Below the pieces are notes generated by a model that was not told the origin of the DNA, ran no database searches, and saw only the letters and a list, made by a program, of their open reading frames with translations. This document shows, piece by piece, positions 28,593 to 40,404 of a stretch of 64,000 bases of DNA. The stretch comes from Nymphaea colorata (taxonomy: Eukaryota): positions 1,426,001 to 1,490,000 of the forward strand of contig NC_045138.2 of assembly GCF_008831285.2 (NCBI RefSeq), in the 5' to 3' direction. Each line of letters starts with the position of its first letter. Positions within the stretch are counted from its first letter, which is position 1. Position numbers and translations under genes: made by a program.

Positions 28593-30192
28593 ATGAGGGG
28601 AGGGGAACAGAAAGAAGGAAAGGAGGAGGAAGAAGAAGAAGAAGAAGAAGAAGAAGAAGAAGAAGAAGAGAGGCTCTGTAAACTGGTCGACGACTTTCTT
28701 GAATCAGAAGCAGTCCACATCTCCTCTCCAAGTGCAGACTCCTGCCATCCAGAAGATGAGACATCCCTGATTCTCAAGGTCATAAAAAAAAAAAAATCAA
28801 CTTTAAGAATTTTCATCTTATTGTTCTTCCCTTCTCTCATGTGCCTAGAAGCAAGTTATTGTTCTTTCTTCTCTTCCGTCTCTTCCTTGGTTGGAGTCTG
28901 GTTATACAGGACTGTGCTCTGGTTTTTGCCTCTGTCTCCTCTGCTAATTTTCCTTGGGTGTTGGTTTCAGAGGATCATTGGCTCCAGTACAAAGGCAGAG
29001 AAAGATGCGTATGAGAGTGTGATGAGGCATTTGAGGTACTGTGGTGGTGAAGGAAGATACAGTCAGAAGAAAGGTCTGGTTCTGAGGATGAGGATGGAGG
29101 GCTATGATGTTTCCTTGTGCAGATCATCATGGGTTTGTTCCACAGGTTGTCCTGGAGGTAATATTTCACTGCTTAATTTTGGGTGTTCATGTCAGTCTCT
29201 TGAATTTTCATTGAAGATGTTTGATTATTTTTGGTATTCCTGGATACGTCAAGTTTGATCTTCCTGGTCTTTTCTCTTTTTCCTCTTTAATCAAGACAAC
29301 GTTCTCCTCTGCACTTAGCGCTTTCAACCTTTTCTTCTGAGCTTTAGCAGATCATGGAAAGTTAGTTTAGTCCGCCTCTTGGTTCCCTTGCCTTGGATTC
29401 ATGGCCGGTTCTTCTTCTTCTTCCTTTGTTTTCACTGTTTAGAGTGCCTTATCATGTTAGATCTTTACTCTCTGTATAGAATCAGTCTCTGAGCCTTTGG
29501 TGCAGTAATAATCCGTTTCATCACTCTCTTATCCCTTACAGTAATAAACCTCTGATTCCCTCTTTACCAGTACGGCACTACTGACAGTTTTCCCTTTTCA
29601 CTTTTGCTTTTTCCAAAAGTCTGATACTGTGCAGCAGAGATTCTTATCATTAGTTCAATATAAGTGCATCTATAGTCTCAGTTGCAGAATTTCTGACATC
29701 TCTCCCTCTTTTTTTCTCTCTTCTGCAGGTGATTATGAATACATAGACATTGTGTGGGTGAATGAGGCACAGCATCCAGAGAGGTTGATAGTTGACATAG
29801 ACTTTAGGTCCCAATTCGAGATTGCAAGGCCAACTACAGCCTACACCCAGCTATACAACAACCTTCCTTCAGTGTTTGTTGGTACTGAGCAGAAACTTAA
29901 CAAAGTCATCTCTCTAGCCTGCTCTGCTGCAAAGAAGTCACTCACTGAGAGTGGCCTCCACATACCACCATGGAGAAAGGCCTGCTACCTGCAGTCCAAG
30001 TGGTCATCCTCATGTCAGAGGCTCACCACAGTGGCCATCCCCATCTTCAGCAGAGAAAATTTTGACAGGACTCCTCCCAAAATTAGCAGTTGGGTGCCTC
30101 CAAAGCTGATGCCTAGAAAAAGGCAGATGGGTTTTCAAGAGGCAGGCCTGTCTAAGGAATTCTCAAGCTTGAGATGCCCACCAGTTGCTTGA
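28593..30192 (+). CDS. DUF506 / PDDEXK_6 plant family protein, 3 exons
   Basis: Exons 28593-28778, 28971-29157 and 29729-30192. Motifs RLCKLVDDFLE; GYDVSLCRSSW; CPGGDYEYIDI; RLIVDIDFRSQFEIARPT; GLHIPPWRKACYLQSKW. N-terminal poly-Glu run. Confidence 0.9.
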
Positions 30193-30911
30193 TCACTGTG
30201 TAGCTGCTGTTTCTCTCTCTAAAACTCCACCCAACAGTGCAAGTTTTGCCCTAAAGCTTCTGTGGCTACAGTTTTTTATTCTTTTTTTTCCCTTTGTTTT
30301 TTTTCTGTTGGAGGGTCTTTTCTTTTTTCATCAGCCAAAGTTATTGTCAACCTTCCTTTGCATGGAAGGTCATGTCAAAATGTTGTATAGATGATGATAG
30401 CCACCTGGTTGAGCAGCTTTCTTTATCAATCAAACCATTATGGCTACCATTTAATTTGATTTTTTTTTTTGAAAAACCGTAATACGAATTTATCCTTGAA
30501 GCTTATGGATAACTCCTTCAAATTAAATTTCTTAGTAAGAAATTTTGTTGTGACATTAAGTCATATTTTGAAGAAGAAGAAAACGACTAAAATAACAATG
30601 CAACAAGAATTTTCCCTTGTGCATATGTATCTTTTACAAAAGATAATTTAATGTATGGCAAGGCGCTACAGTTAAAAAGGACAAACTGACAGATTTGTCT
30701 TGGAAGTGAAACTTGTCATTGATAAAGTAAGTGGTTGAAGTTCAAATTTGATGGGCACCACTTTTTGTGCTAAAAAAAAAGTATAGGCCCCAATGGTAGG
30801 TAGATTATTAGCTACCAAGTGTTGTGTCGCTAAAAGACGTTTAGGTCTCAATACATTCTGATGAGCGCGGAATGAACTCTACTGCTCGACTGCTACTGCT
30901 TCATTAAGATC

Positions 30912-31246
30912 CCGTTCACCCCATTGCCCAAGTCCTTCGAAGCTCAAGTCATGCTCTCCTCCTAGCTTTTGAGGTTCAGAGCTGTGTCGTGTCCATTCAC
31001 CCTAAGAGCTGTGTCGTGTCTGTTCACCTCATTGCCGAAGTCCTTCGAAGCTCTCCTCCTAGCTTTTGAGGTTCAGAGTTCGTGTCCGTTCACTCCATTG
31101 CCGAAGTCCTTCGAAGCTCATGTCATGTTCTCCTCCTAGATTTTGAGGTTTAGAACTGTGTAGTGTCGGGATTTAAGTGAATTTATGGTTCTCCTCCTAG
31201 CTTTTAAGGTCCAGAGTTGTGTCGGGATTTAAGTGAATTTACGGTT
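30912..31246. repeat. Irregular tandem array of a ~80-bp unit
   Basis: Recurring modules GTTCAC..CATTGCC.AAGTCCTTCGAAGCTC (3x), CTCCTCCTAG.TTTT.AGGT..AGA (4x) and GTGTCGGGATTTAAGTGAATTTA (2x). Confidence 0.85.
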
Positions 31247-32078
31247 TATTTTCTAAAATTGAGAGTAGTAATGTCATTTTTTGTAATGTAGATGAGTAGT
31301 GTCTATAAGAATTGAATTGACAACACTGTCCGACCAACTAAGTTTTATGTTTTAAACAACAGTCCGGCCCGGCCGGCTCAGGCCTAGTTAGAAACAATAG
31401 GCTTGGGGGGTTGGAGTGCTAGCTATTAAAAGTGACCATCTCATATATTGTGTAGTTTTCTCACGTTAAAATGTAGACTTTAAAGGTCAGAATATTAGGG
31501 CATAGCGTAGCCTATTGGGTAGGCAGGCTGGTGAGAGTAAGTTCGATTTTTATTGGTGTTATTCCTATAAACTATAAATGATAGCAGTGTTACAATTTAG
31601 TTGATGGGTGTACTATAGTCCACGCAGGTCCCTAAAACCACCATGAACTCTCAGCTCAGCACAGAGGAAAGGGTGGACGGTCCATTTTTCAAGCCACTTT
31701 AGTTCACCTGAAAAGTAAAAGTATTAGTTACTAAGTTTCGTGTATCTATTTTATCCCCCCATAAAAACTTTGAAAAAACCCGTTCATGTGACAATTAATC
31801 TTTGGACCATTCTGCCCCTCAAAAATACCCCGGATTTGCCACTGCCAAAATCTGTACCTTATGTAAAAAAAAGGATAAATTTGAGATAAATATTTTTCTT
31901 TCATGATCTTAAAAGTGACTCCATTGGACAAGGTGCTTGCCAGCTTTCTACTTACTAAGACAATTATTAGCACTTGATAGTTGTTCGCAGATGTACTAAT
32001 TGTCTTCGCATAGTCTCTCTTTCTCTCTTTATATATATATATATCAACTGATGAGTAGCGCAATCAGTTGGGTTAGAG

Positions 32079-32272
32079 TAGGAGCAGAGCCAAGGTATGG
32101 TCTGTATGGGCCTTGGCCCCACCTCAAAAAGTTTTTTTTATTTACATGTAAATTTTAATAAATTTCATTTGTTTTATATAAAAAATTTTAAAAAATGATA
32201 TTTCGGCCCTAATCAAAATTTACAAACTTTAATTCGGCTTCCATCATAAAAAATTTTTTGGTTAAGCTATTG
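32079..32272. mobile_element. hAT-type MITE (CAGGGGYGGAGCCA family), diverged
   Basis: Family core AAAATGATATTTCGGCCCTAATCAAAATTT..AAACTTTAATTCGG; 8-bp flanks GGTTAGAG / GGTTGGAG. Confidence 0.75.
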
Positions 32273-32966
32273 GGTTGGAGGAATTCCATCCTATCAAGGT
32301 CGTTCAATGGTTTTCAACAGGTGGTTTCCTTCCACACACATGCGCATGCAGTGATACACAAATATGAATGTATGTTGTAAAAGGAGAGTGGAATGAATTA
32401 TATATATATATATATAGTAAAATAATTGTGGAACTGACTGATTTCTGGAGTGTGACCTATAATTTAAAAATATATTTTTTAAATATATTTGTTTTTTTAT
32501 TTAATCCAGAACATATAAAAACAAAACATCAGGGTCTAAAAAACTACTTTTTGGAGAGAAAAATTCTCAAATATTTTTCATAAAATTTTGAAGGAAAAAA
32601 CGGCGGATAATTGTCGCTTTCGACACCACATGCAAATTGATTTTACCTCTTTCGAACGTTACAAGAGCAAATTTTGTCATCTTCATGTTAACTTTCGACC
32701 GTTGCCAGCTTTTTCAATAATGCTAAATCTAACCTTCCAACAACCGATATTTCATAATCGTTCCTTATCAACTTCATAGAAAACATTTTTTTTGCAACAA
32801 TTAGAGCAATAGAGTTTTTAAAGTAATGATTCCTTCTAGATAGATTTTAAACATCTAGTAGTTACAAATCATTAGAGGTTGGATTGAAATCAAATGCAAC
32901 CATAAAAATGAATTAATATTCCAGTTTTTATATATGCTTAAGAATAAATCTAGGCGTGGTTGGGCG

Positions 32967-33137
32967 CAGGGGTGGAGCCAAGGGAAGCCCGCATGGACCC
33001 TGGCCCCACTTAAAAAAAAGAATAAATTTACATGTAAATTTTAAAAAATTTCACTTATCCTACATTAAAAAATTACAAAATGATATTTAGAAACTTTAAT
33101 TTGACCCCCTCATGAAAAATTTCTGACTCCACCTTTG
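32967..33137. mobile_element. hAT-type MITE (CAGGGGYGGAGCCA family)
   Basis: Ends CAGGGGTGGAGCCA / TGACTCCACCTTTG; flanks GTTGGGCG / GTTGGACG. Confidence 0.85.
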
Positions 33138-33402
33138 GTTGGACGATGGTTGAAACTGGGTTTATGAAGAATCCAGTTTTGAAAAAATGTCATCTAAACC
33201 GACCCTTCTTTTGGTTTGAGAATGACTACATTTCAAATGGAAGCAATACAAAGTTTTGCCTTCAAACAAGGCTTTTTGGAGTGTTTGGATGTCTTCATAA
33301 CTGAGTTTGAGAAAAACAACAGTTTTACCAAAACCTGGTTTTGTAAATAACTTTGGGTTAGGGGAATTAAATTTTCCATTCATTTTTGGACACTCCAAAA
33401 AC

Positions 33403-33679
33403 TAGGGCGGTACAACGAGTTATCCCAACTCAAACTCAACCCGTTTAACCTTGCACTAAACTAAAAATCTTGAGCTTACACGTCAGTCGAACCCAATTAC
33501 ATGAACTACACTCGAGCAAATTTAAATAAGGTTGCTAAAACTAGGTTTTATATATATATAATATATATATAGTTCGTAAATAAGCTCAAGCCGCAATTCA
33601 GTCTAATGAGCCGAGCTAGAGCTGAGCAAAATACGAGTTGAGTTGATCTCGAGCTTGACTTAGATAGTGTACAGCCATA
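33403..33679. mobile_element. hAT-type MITE (TAGGGCTGTACA family, GAGCTCGAG-rich)
   Basis: Ends TAGGGCGGTACA / TGTACAGCCATA; flanks CCAAAAAC / CCAAAATC. Confidence 0.75.
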
Positions 33680-33912
33680 CCAAAATCATGGTTTTGGAGT
33701 GCATCTCCTCAACATTTTTCATATAAAACTTTGGGTTTGAACCTCTCTTACTTGCCCCAGAAACCAAGGAGCTTCATACTCCCCCATAAATTTTCAAAAA
33801 GTTAAAAAATCCAAGCCAATGCTTTGAAATGCATATTTTATTCTAGCCCCCTTGAAAATGAATTGTTATCACCTCATTTTTTTTTGGTAAGTTTCCTTAA
33901 TGTACGTCACTG

Positions 33913-34082
33913 CAAGGGCAGAGCCAGAATTTTTCATGAGCCACGCTAAATTAAAGTTTCTAAACTTTGATTAGGGCTTAAATATCATTTTTCAAATTTT
34001 TTATAAAGAACAAGTGAAATTTTTTGTTTTTTTTTTTTACGTGAGGCCAAAGCCCATGCGGGCCCTACCTTGACTCCCTCTA
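33913..34082. mobile_element. MITE copy (CAGGGGYGGAGCCA family), reverse orientation relative to 32967
   Basis: Starts CAAGGGCAGAGCCAGAATTTTCATGAG and contains AAATTAAAGTTTCTAAA...AAATATCATTTT. No TSD recognised. Confidence 0.65.
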
Positions 34083-35680
34083 ATGCCAACCCAATTCTTA
34101 AAAATTTCAAATGCACCACGAGCAAGTTTTGAAAATTGATTTTGGCCCTCTTTCTTCTTAAGCAAGTTGAATATTCTTATTAAAAAAATGGCTCTGCCAC
34201 TGTCTCTACTCCAACCTCTCCCTAGTACTTGCTAAACCTTTAGATTGATATGCTTGTCTTAGTTTGCTGCAACAAAAAAAAAAAATAATCTCTTCTTCCT
34301 GAAGTTGTCTGACAGTCATTTTAATTTCTTCTTTTCTGGAAAGAAGAAGAAGATAAAATCTTTAAAAATAATAATAAATAAATAAAAATCTAAGAGAGAG
34401 AGAGAGAGGAAGAAAGTGATTCTCTATCTTGGGCAGTACAAGAAAAGGCCAAACCAGGTTGGTATGAGCAAAACCAGTGGCTCAAAAACAGGAGGCAGAG
34501 AAACAACAAATGGAGCAAGGGCTACTTGTACTCTTGCATGGAATGGATACAACAAAAGTGACCCCCAAACTTCCTTCTTATTATTGCACATTTAATGTTG
34601 AATTAATTTATTTTAGATGATCAGAAAAAATGTAATGAAGCTGATATTTTTCAGATTATGTAACTACAAAAAAAAAAAAGAAATTGTTAATAAAGGTTAA
34701 GAAAGATTGCATCATCAAGTTTTCCGATCTACGTTTAATTCAGCTGAATTAGATGTAAATTAGCCAAAAATACTAAAAAATTTTAATTTAAAAAAAATAA
34801 GTGACAAAAAACATAAAAAAATTATAAAATTATGAAAATGTTTGAAGATTAGTCTAAATTTGGCACAAGGTGATAGTTACTTGGTGGTGGAGACACCTGG
34901 AATCCATTGTTACTTTCTAGATTGTGATGTTAGTTAAAGATAAATCTTCAAATTTGACCTATTTTTTTTTCTCTAATTAAAGAAAAAATTCTTATGTTCT
35001 TAAAGGCTACATTTTTTAAGGAAAATGGCAAATAAGGGCCTAAAATTTATTATTACGTCGTTAGATTGCATCCTCACCATTTCGGCAAACCTAACTATTT
35101 GTTTTTCCAGTGAAGGAAGTACAGCTTTTCTTGAAATAGGCAAAAGGTCGGCCCCGAAAAGGAAATTTCACAAACTTAAAACACGGAATCCAGTATATTA
35201 TTGGTTCGGATCTTCTGTTGCTTTTCTGAATCTCTTTGTACTTGGCCTGATTCACTGTTTATTCCATTATTAACCTTACATCGACTTCCTCTCCTGTCTT
35301 TCTTTTTTTTTTTAATTTTTTGCATTTGGATCTCTATGTTGATCTAGCTTGATCAAGAATTCAAATAAACTCTGAAATCAAAAAATTTTGTAATTAAATC
35401 ATTTATCTAAGTGTTAGGACTTCCATGCCTCTTGTAAATACAAAGTCATCGAAGAGATTTATTTTTCTGGTGGTTTTTCTCATGATAGATAAGGGAAACT
35501 GAAAAAAAAAACTAGGAATTGGTTTAACTGAAAACAAGTTTTTTACTTTTATTTTTTTTTACATCTTCTTAATTAATCAACCAAACAAACGATTAATTGT
35601 TCTTTCGTTTCCTTTCCCTCCATCCAAACAGGGCGTAAGGCAACTTTACAAGTTGTTTGGTTCCTGTAAAGGTTCCCAAT

Positions 35681-36057
35681 TAGGGATGTCAATATATCCA
35701 ATTTGAATAAGATATTCGACCGATCCAATAAAAAAAAATCGGATATAAAAAAAAATTTAATATCCTATTAAGAAATCGAATCGGATTCAGATTTAGTAAA
35801 TGACATCCGATCTGATCAGATTCAGATATACATAAATATCTGATCGGATTCAGATACGGATTTGGATCGTATTCATTTTAGATAAATATCATGTATCTAA
35901 TGTTATTAAAATTTGAAAATTGGCAAAATCCAGTTCAAAATTTGGATTTGGATTTGGTTCAAATATGACTTTTCTTTATTCGAATTTGAATCTGAATATA
36001 TGAATATTCGAAAAAACAGATGTAATTAAAAATATATCTGATCCGTTGACATCCCTA
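35681..36057. mobile_element. hAT-type MITE (TAGGGATGTCAA family) inserted in the LINE remnant
   Basis: Perfect 12-bp TIRs TAGGGATGTCAA / TTGACATCCCTA; 8-bp flanks TTCCCAAT / GTCCCAAT; interior rich in CGGAT/ATCCG repeats. Confidence 0.85.
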
Positions 36058-36279
36058 GTCCCAATCCCCGTTGATAAAAAACCATTCCTTTACCGCAGCC
36101 CTACCCTCAAATAAGTCACCAATAGCCATGCTCATATCATCCTTGTGCAGCAGCCAATAATCTTGGAAGAAAGCATTAGGGAATCCATCTGGGCCAAGAG
36201 CTGAGTCCCTGTTAGACTCAAGAATTGCCCAAGCAATCTTAATAGTTCTTTATTCTATTAAGCGGCCCCAAGTTTTCTC

Positions 36280-36445
36280 CTTGCGTCACAATAGGCTTGA
36301 AAAATGATATTTCGGCCTTAGTCAAAATTTAGAAACTTTAATTTGACCTTCTTCATGAAAATCTTGCGTCACAATAGGCCTTAAAAAATGATATTTCGGT
36401 CTTAGTCAAAATTTAAAAACTTTAATTTGACCTTCCTCAAGAAAT
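36280..36445. repeat. Tandem ~83-bp duplication of a MITE internal fragment
   Basis: CTTGCGTCACAATAGGC..AAAATGATATTTCGG.CTTAGTCAAAATTTA.AAACTTTAATTTGACCTTC x2. Confidence 0.85.
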
Positions 36446-37422
36446 TAAATGTAAATCAAGGAAGAATCAAGCACACTCCTCGTGGACAAGAGCCGGATCC
36501 CCCACCATCCTGTCCCCTACTTTGAATTCTTTGGATTTTGTTTTTCGATCTCTCTCGTTGAAGATTTCAGTGTTCAAATCTCCTTCCTTGAGCCCTTTGA
36601 TGTGAGACCTTTTGTCTCCAGTAGGCCTCTTCCAAAGCCAGAAGTTTATTCAACTCATGACGGACCTTCCTCTCCCCCTCAAAGTTCTTTACCATGTTCA
36701 GTTCATTGGCCTTTTGCATGGCTCCTGTGGGTTGCCTAAACTCATCTATACGCTGCTGAAGGTGAGAAAAAACCCCACTGCTTCCATTAAAGAATGAAAG
36801 AGTCGGTCATATTTAGGTAGTCCTATCTCTTCTTTTGCCTAGTCTTCTGCACTAATCAAAAGAGATCAGATTGTTTACCATTCATCTCTGTTTTGTAGAA
36901 ATCATAAACCTTTTTGCTCAGACATAAGTGAATTTCAAGGACGAATCCAGGCATAGAAAGTTGCACTGATTCTAGGAAACCTTGATGGCCCATCAAGGCC
37001 CCAACAGTGTGAAAGCGATTACAGAAACGCAGCACAACAGCAATGGAGAAGGTTAATATGATCAGCAACCAAATGCAGAAAGTTTGAAGACTAAAATGCA
37101 GTGAGCAAATGCGAATGTGAAATGCTTTTTACGAGACTAAACTAAGTGCAGACCAAGCAGACATTAGTTGACAAAATGACAACTACAAATGTGGGACATT
37201 GTAAGTTATCAGACAAAAGATTATTAGATAGCAAAAGCGTGGGCAGGCCGCTAGCGCAGGAGATCTACCTGTTCTTTTCAAAGGCGCCTTTCACAGCATT
37301 AAAATCACCAGCACAGAGAAAAATGATGAACTATATATATTAGTCATCACAATAGGCAATTCGAAAAATTGTCGAACTCTCACTCTATAATCAGTATTCA
37401 AGTACACTGCCACCACATCACT

Positions 37423-38002
37423 GATCCTTTGAGTCTCAATACAACAGATAGAAAGCTGGATGAAGAACACAGACAAAGCGGATGCTAACACACTGACGTC
37501 CACAGGATTCCACCTCTCCCATAACTCAGATCCTTTGAGTCTCAATAGAACAGATAGAAAGCTGAATGAAGAACACAGACAAAGAGAGGATGCTAACACA
37601 TTGACGTCCAGAGGATTCCACCTCACGATAATTCTCTCCCATAACTCAGATTATTTGAGTCTCAATAGAACAGATAGAAATCTGGATGAAGAATATAGAC
37701 AAAGAGGATGCTAACACACTGACGTCCAGAGGATTCCACCTTATGATAATTCTCTCCCATAACTCAGATCATTTGAGTCTCAATAGAACAGATAGAAATC
37801 TAGATGAAGATTACAGACAAAGAGGATGCTAACACACTGATGTCCAGAGGATTCCATATCATGATAATTCTCTCCCATAACTCAGATCATTTGAGTCTCC
37901 ATAAAACAGATAGAAATCTGGATGAAGAATACAGACAAAGAGGATGCTAACACACTGATGTCCAGAGGATTCCACATCATGATAATTCTCCCCCATAACT
38001 CA
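37423..38002. repeat. Minisatellite, 5 copies of a ~118-bp unit
   Basis: Units start at 37423, 37529, 37649, 37767 and 37885 (106, 120, 118, 118, 118 bp): GATC.TTTGAGTCTCAATAGAACAGATAGAAA.CTGGATGAAGAA.ACAGACAAAGAGGATGCTAACACACTGA.GTCCAGAGGATTCCAC...CTCCCATAACTCA. Confidence 0.95.
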
Positions 38003-38689
38003 TCACATTGAATGTTGGACATGATCTTAAACCAAGGAAATTTAAGTGAAAACTTCATCACGTTTCACCTGAGAAAGCTTAGTGTCAAAACTTGCAGCTT
38101 GTGCTCGCCCACCTGCTGGAGCAAATCTCGCTGAGCAGAAGGCTGAGCTAGCCCTCTAACTATCCACCAGAGTAGCCGCGTGATAACTCCTGCGCTAGGT
38201 CACATGAGTGCAGGTACCCGTGTGGGTGCGGATGCAGGTGACGGTGTGATGTATCTCAAAAAATTTGGATGTGAGGGTGCAGCCAGGTGTTATATATATA
38301 ATATATTTATTATATATATATATATATATATAAATGTATGTAAATTTTAGATTGTTTCTTAGCTTAATATATATATTTTTCTAAACTTTTGTTACTATGC
38401 TTAAAAAAAACAAGAAGACAAGGAAAAAAAAATAGAAAATATTTTGAACTTAGATTTTCAGGAACATGTCATAGTAAGGACTAACAAATGATCGATTCTG
38501 TCAACTCCCCAACTTTAGAATATGATAATGAAAGATTATTATGTCATAATATGCCACACAATTACATCGAAACATAGGTCTCAGAAAAACTCTTTACACC
38601 AGAGTTTCCTTCTAAACCACAAAATCAAGATGATCTTAAATCCCTTCTACGGGCCAAGGTAGGGTTCACACGGGCTCTCGCCCCACCTC

Positions 38690-39144
38690 AACTTTTTTTT
38701 TTCAAAAAAAAAATGTAAATTTTAAAAAAATGTATTTGTTTTATATAAAAATTTTGAAAAATGATATTTCGATCATAGTCAAAATTTAAAAAGTTTAATT
38801 TGACCCCCTCATAAAAAATTTCTGACTTTCACCCCTGCTTCTAGCTGCAAAAAAGATACAAACTTGGAAGATATGAATTTCCAAAGCTTCAAAAGACTAT
38901 GAGCTTGTAAGGAGGACAACTTTAAAAAAAAAAAATTACATGTAAATTTTTTAAAAAATCATTTGTTTTATATAAAAATTTTGAAAATTGATATTTGGAT
39001 CATAATCAGAATTTAGAAACTTTAATTCGACCTCCCTCATAAAAATTTCTGGCTTCACCCCTGCTTCTAACAGTAAAAAAGATCCCAAACTTGGAAGACA
39101 TGAATCTCCAAAGCTTCAAAGACTATGAGCATGTAAGCAGGACA
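38690..39144. repeat. Tandem ~228-bp duplication comprising a MITE right half plus its flank
   Basis: The MITE end TTCACCCCTG followed by CTTCTA...AAACTTGGAAGA.ATGAAT.TCCAAAGCTTCAAA.GACTATGAGC.TGTAAG.AGGACA occurs twice (MITE ends at 38837 and 39063). Confidence 0.85.
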
Positions 39145-39327
39145 TGTTGATGGTATTATGTTGCATTACAGAGGCTAAGGAAAATCCTAATCTTTGAAGT
39201 ATGGTAAACAAACTAGCAAGCATGCCGTATAGACTTGAAATTCTTTATCAATTTCGGCCATTTCATCTTAGTTCCCTAGCCAAAATGTGCTCCCACTATT
39301 GATGTCTTTCTTCAATTGGGTCAGTTT

Positions 39328-39699
39328 TAGGGCTGCACAAAAAGTCGAGCCAGTTCGAGTTTGACTCGAATTCGCTCAACTCGTTTATAAACAGGATCTA
39401 ATTCGAGGTCAAATATATGTTCAAAATGTTATACGATTCGAGTTCAAGCTATAAGAACTCGACTCTGCTTGACTACATAATGAATGTTGAATTATAACAA
39501 CAATGGTTAAAATGAGTAGCAACTTAATGAGTTAAAACTAGACGTTTGACATAAATGAGTTAAAGGAGTTGAACTCGAGCTTGATGTTGTATCGTCGAGT
39601 CAAGCAAGATAGAACAAGCTTGATTCCAGTTCAAGCTTGAGTTTGACTCGAGCTTGAGCTGGCCCAACTTGAGCTAGACTTGGCTTATGTGCAGCCCTA
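39328..39699. mobile_element. MITE (TAGGGCTGTACA/TAGGGCTGCACA family)
   Basis: Perfect 12-bp TIRs TAGGGCTGCACA / TGTGCAGCCCTA; interior rich in CTCGAG/TCGAGT; TSD not clear. Further family fragments at ~24166-24300, ~59280-59385, ~59985-60345 and ~63035-63460. Confidence 0.75.
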
Positions 39700-40404
39700 C
39701 TAGTTATGAGTCCAACATATAACATTATCACCGGGGCTTCAAATTAATTAACCTTCCATTAGTGCTATTGCAAAACTGAATCCACCTATCCCCATTGGCT
39801 ATATATTTCACAATTTTGTTCATCAATGACTATTGCTCCAATGTTTTGACCAGAACAAGGGGCAAAAGCAGATGTGGGAACTGTGTGGCAATTGCCTACA
39901 CGGTTAACAAAAAAAAAAAACAAAAAAAGCTCATTTTCATATTGATATTTTAAGGTAATTTTTTTGTTTGCATATTGATGCTTTTTAAAATTTCATAACT
40001 AAGGCCTGTTCACAAGAATTTTCAATTAAACCGATGCAAGCTTTATATTAACCGATGCTGATGTTAACATAGCTGCTTTTAACTTCATACATGTCAAGAA
40101 AGTTTTACAAATTAATGATTTTTGATATAAACTAATTTTGTACAAGCATTGTATGTTTTTTAAAATTATTTTTATGCATATTTTCAGAGCTAAATCTATA
40201 AAAAGGCTTCAAAAATTTAGCCCGTAAAATGTACAAATCTCAACAACATAATCGTTTTTCAACACAAATCTAATTATTGATAAGATCTAATAACAAAGCG
40301 GTTGGGATCTGAAATCCGAGACGTTTCATAAATGGTCACAGTGGAGAGAGGGAGACGAGGGGAGAGTGAGCGTCTCTGCAACTCATTGGTGGAGATCAAG
40401 GAAG

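Larger units (their letters stand above)
35640..37070 (-). mobile_element. Decayed L1-clade LINE ORF2 fragment (tether and start of RT), interrupted by MITEs
   Basis: Manual minus-strand translation: HQGFLESVQLS (~36990-36955); ELNKLLALEEAYWRQK (~36655-36609), then a frameshift to IKGLKEGDLNTEIF (cf. EE..W.Q.SR..WL..GD.NT.FF); DSALGPDGFPNAFFQDYW..HKDD (~36207-36140, cf. K.PGPDGF..FFQ..W); IGNLYR (~35680-35663). Confidence 0.8.

Noticed and set aside
30858..30892. Hammerhead ribozyme/retrozyme core (CTGATGAG; also at ~1704 and ~32048)
   Set aside because: No stem II closed by GAAA and no stem III/NUH arrangement follows.
37423..38002. CRISPR-like array (also considered for 26977-27420 and 30912-31246)
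   Set aside because: The units repeat over their whole length with no unique spacers, there are no cas genes, and the context is plant nuclear DNA.
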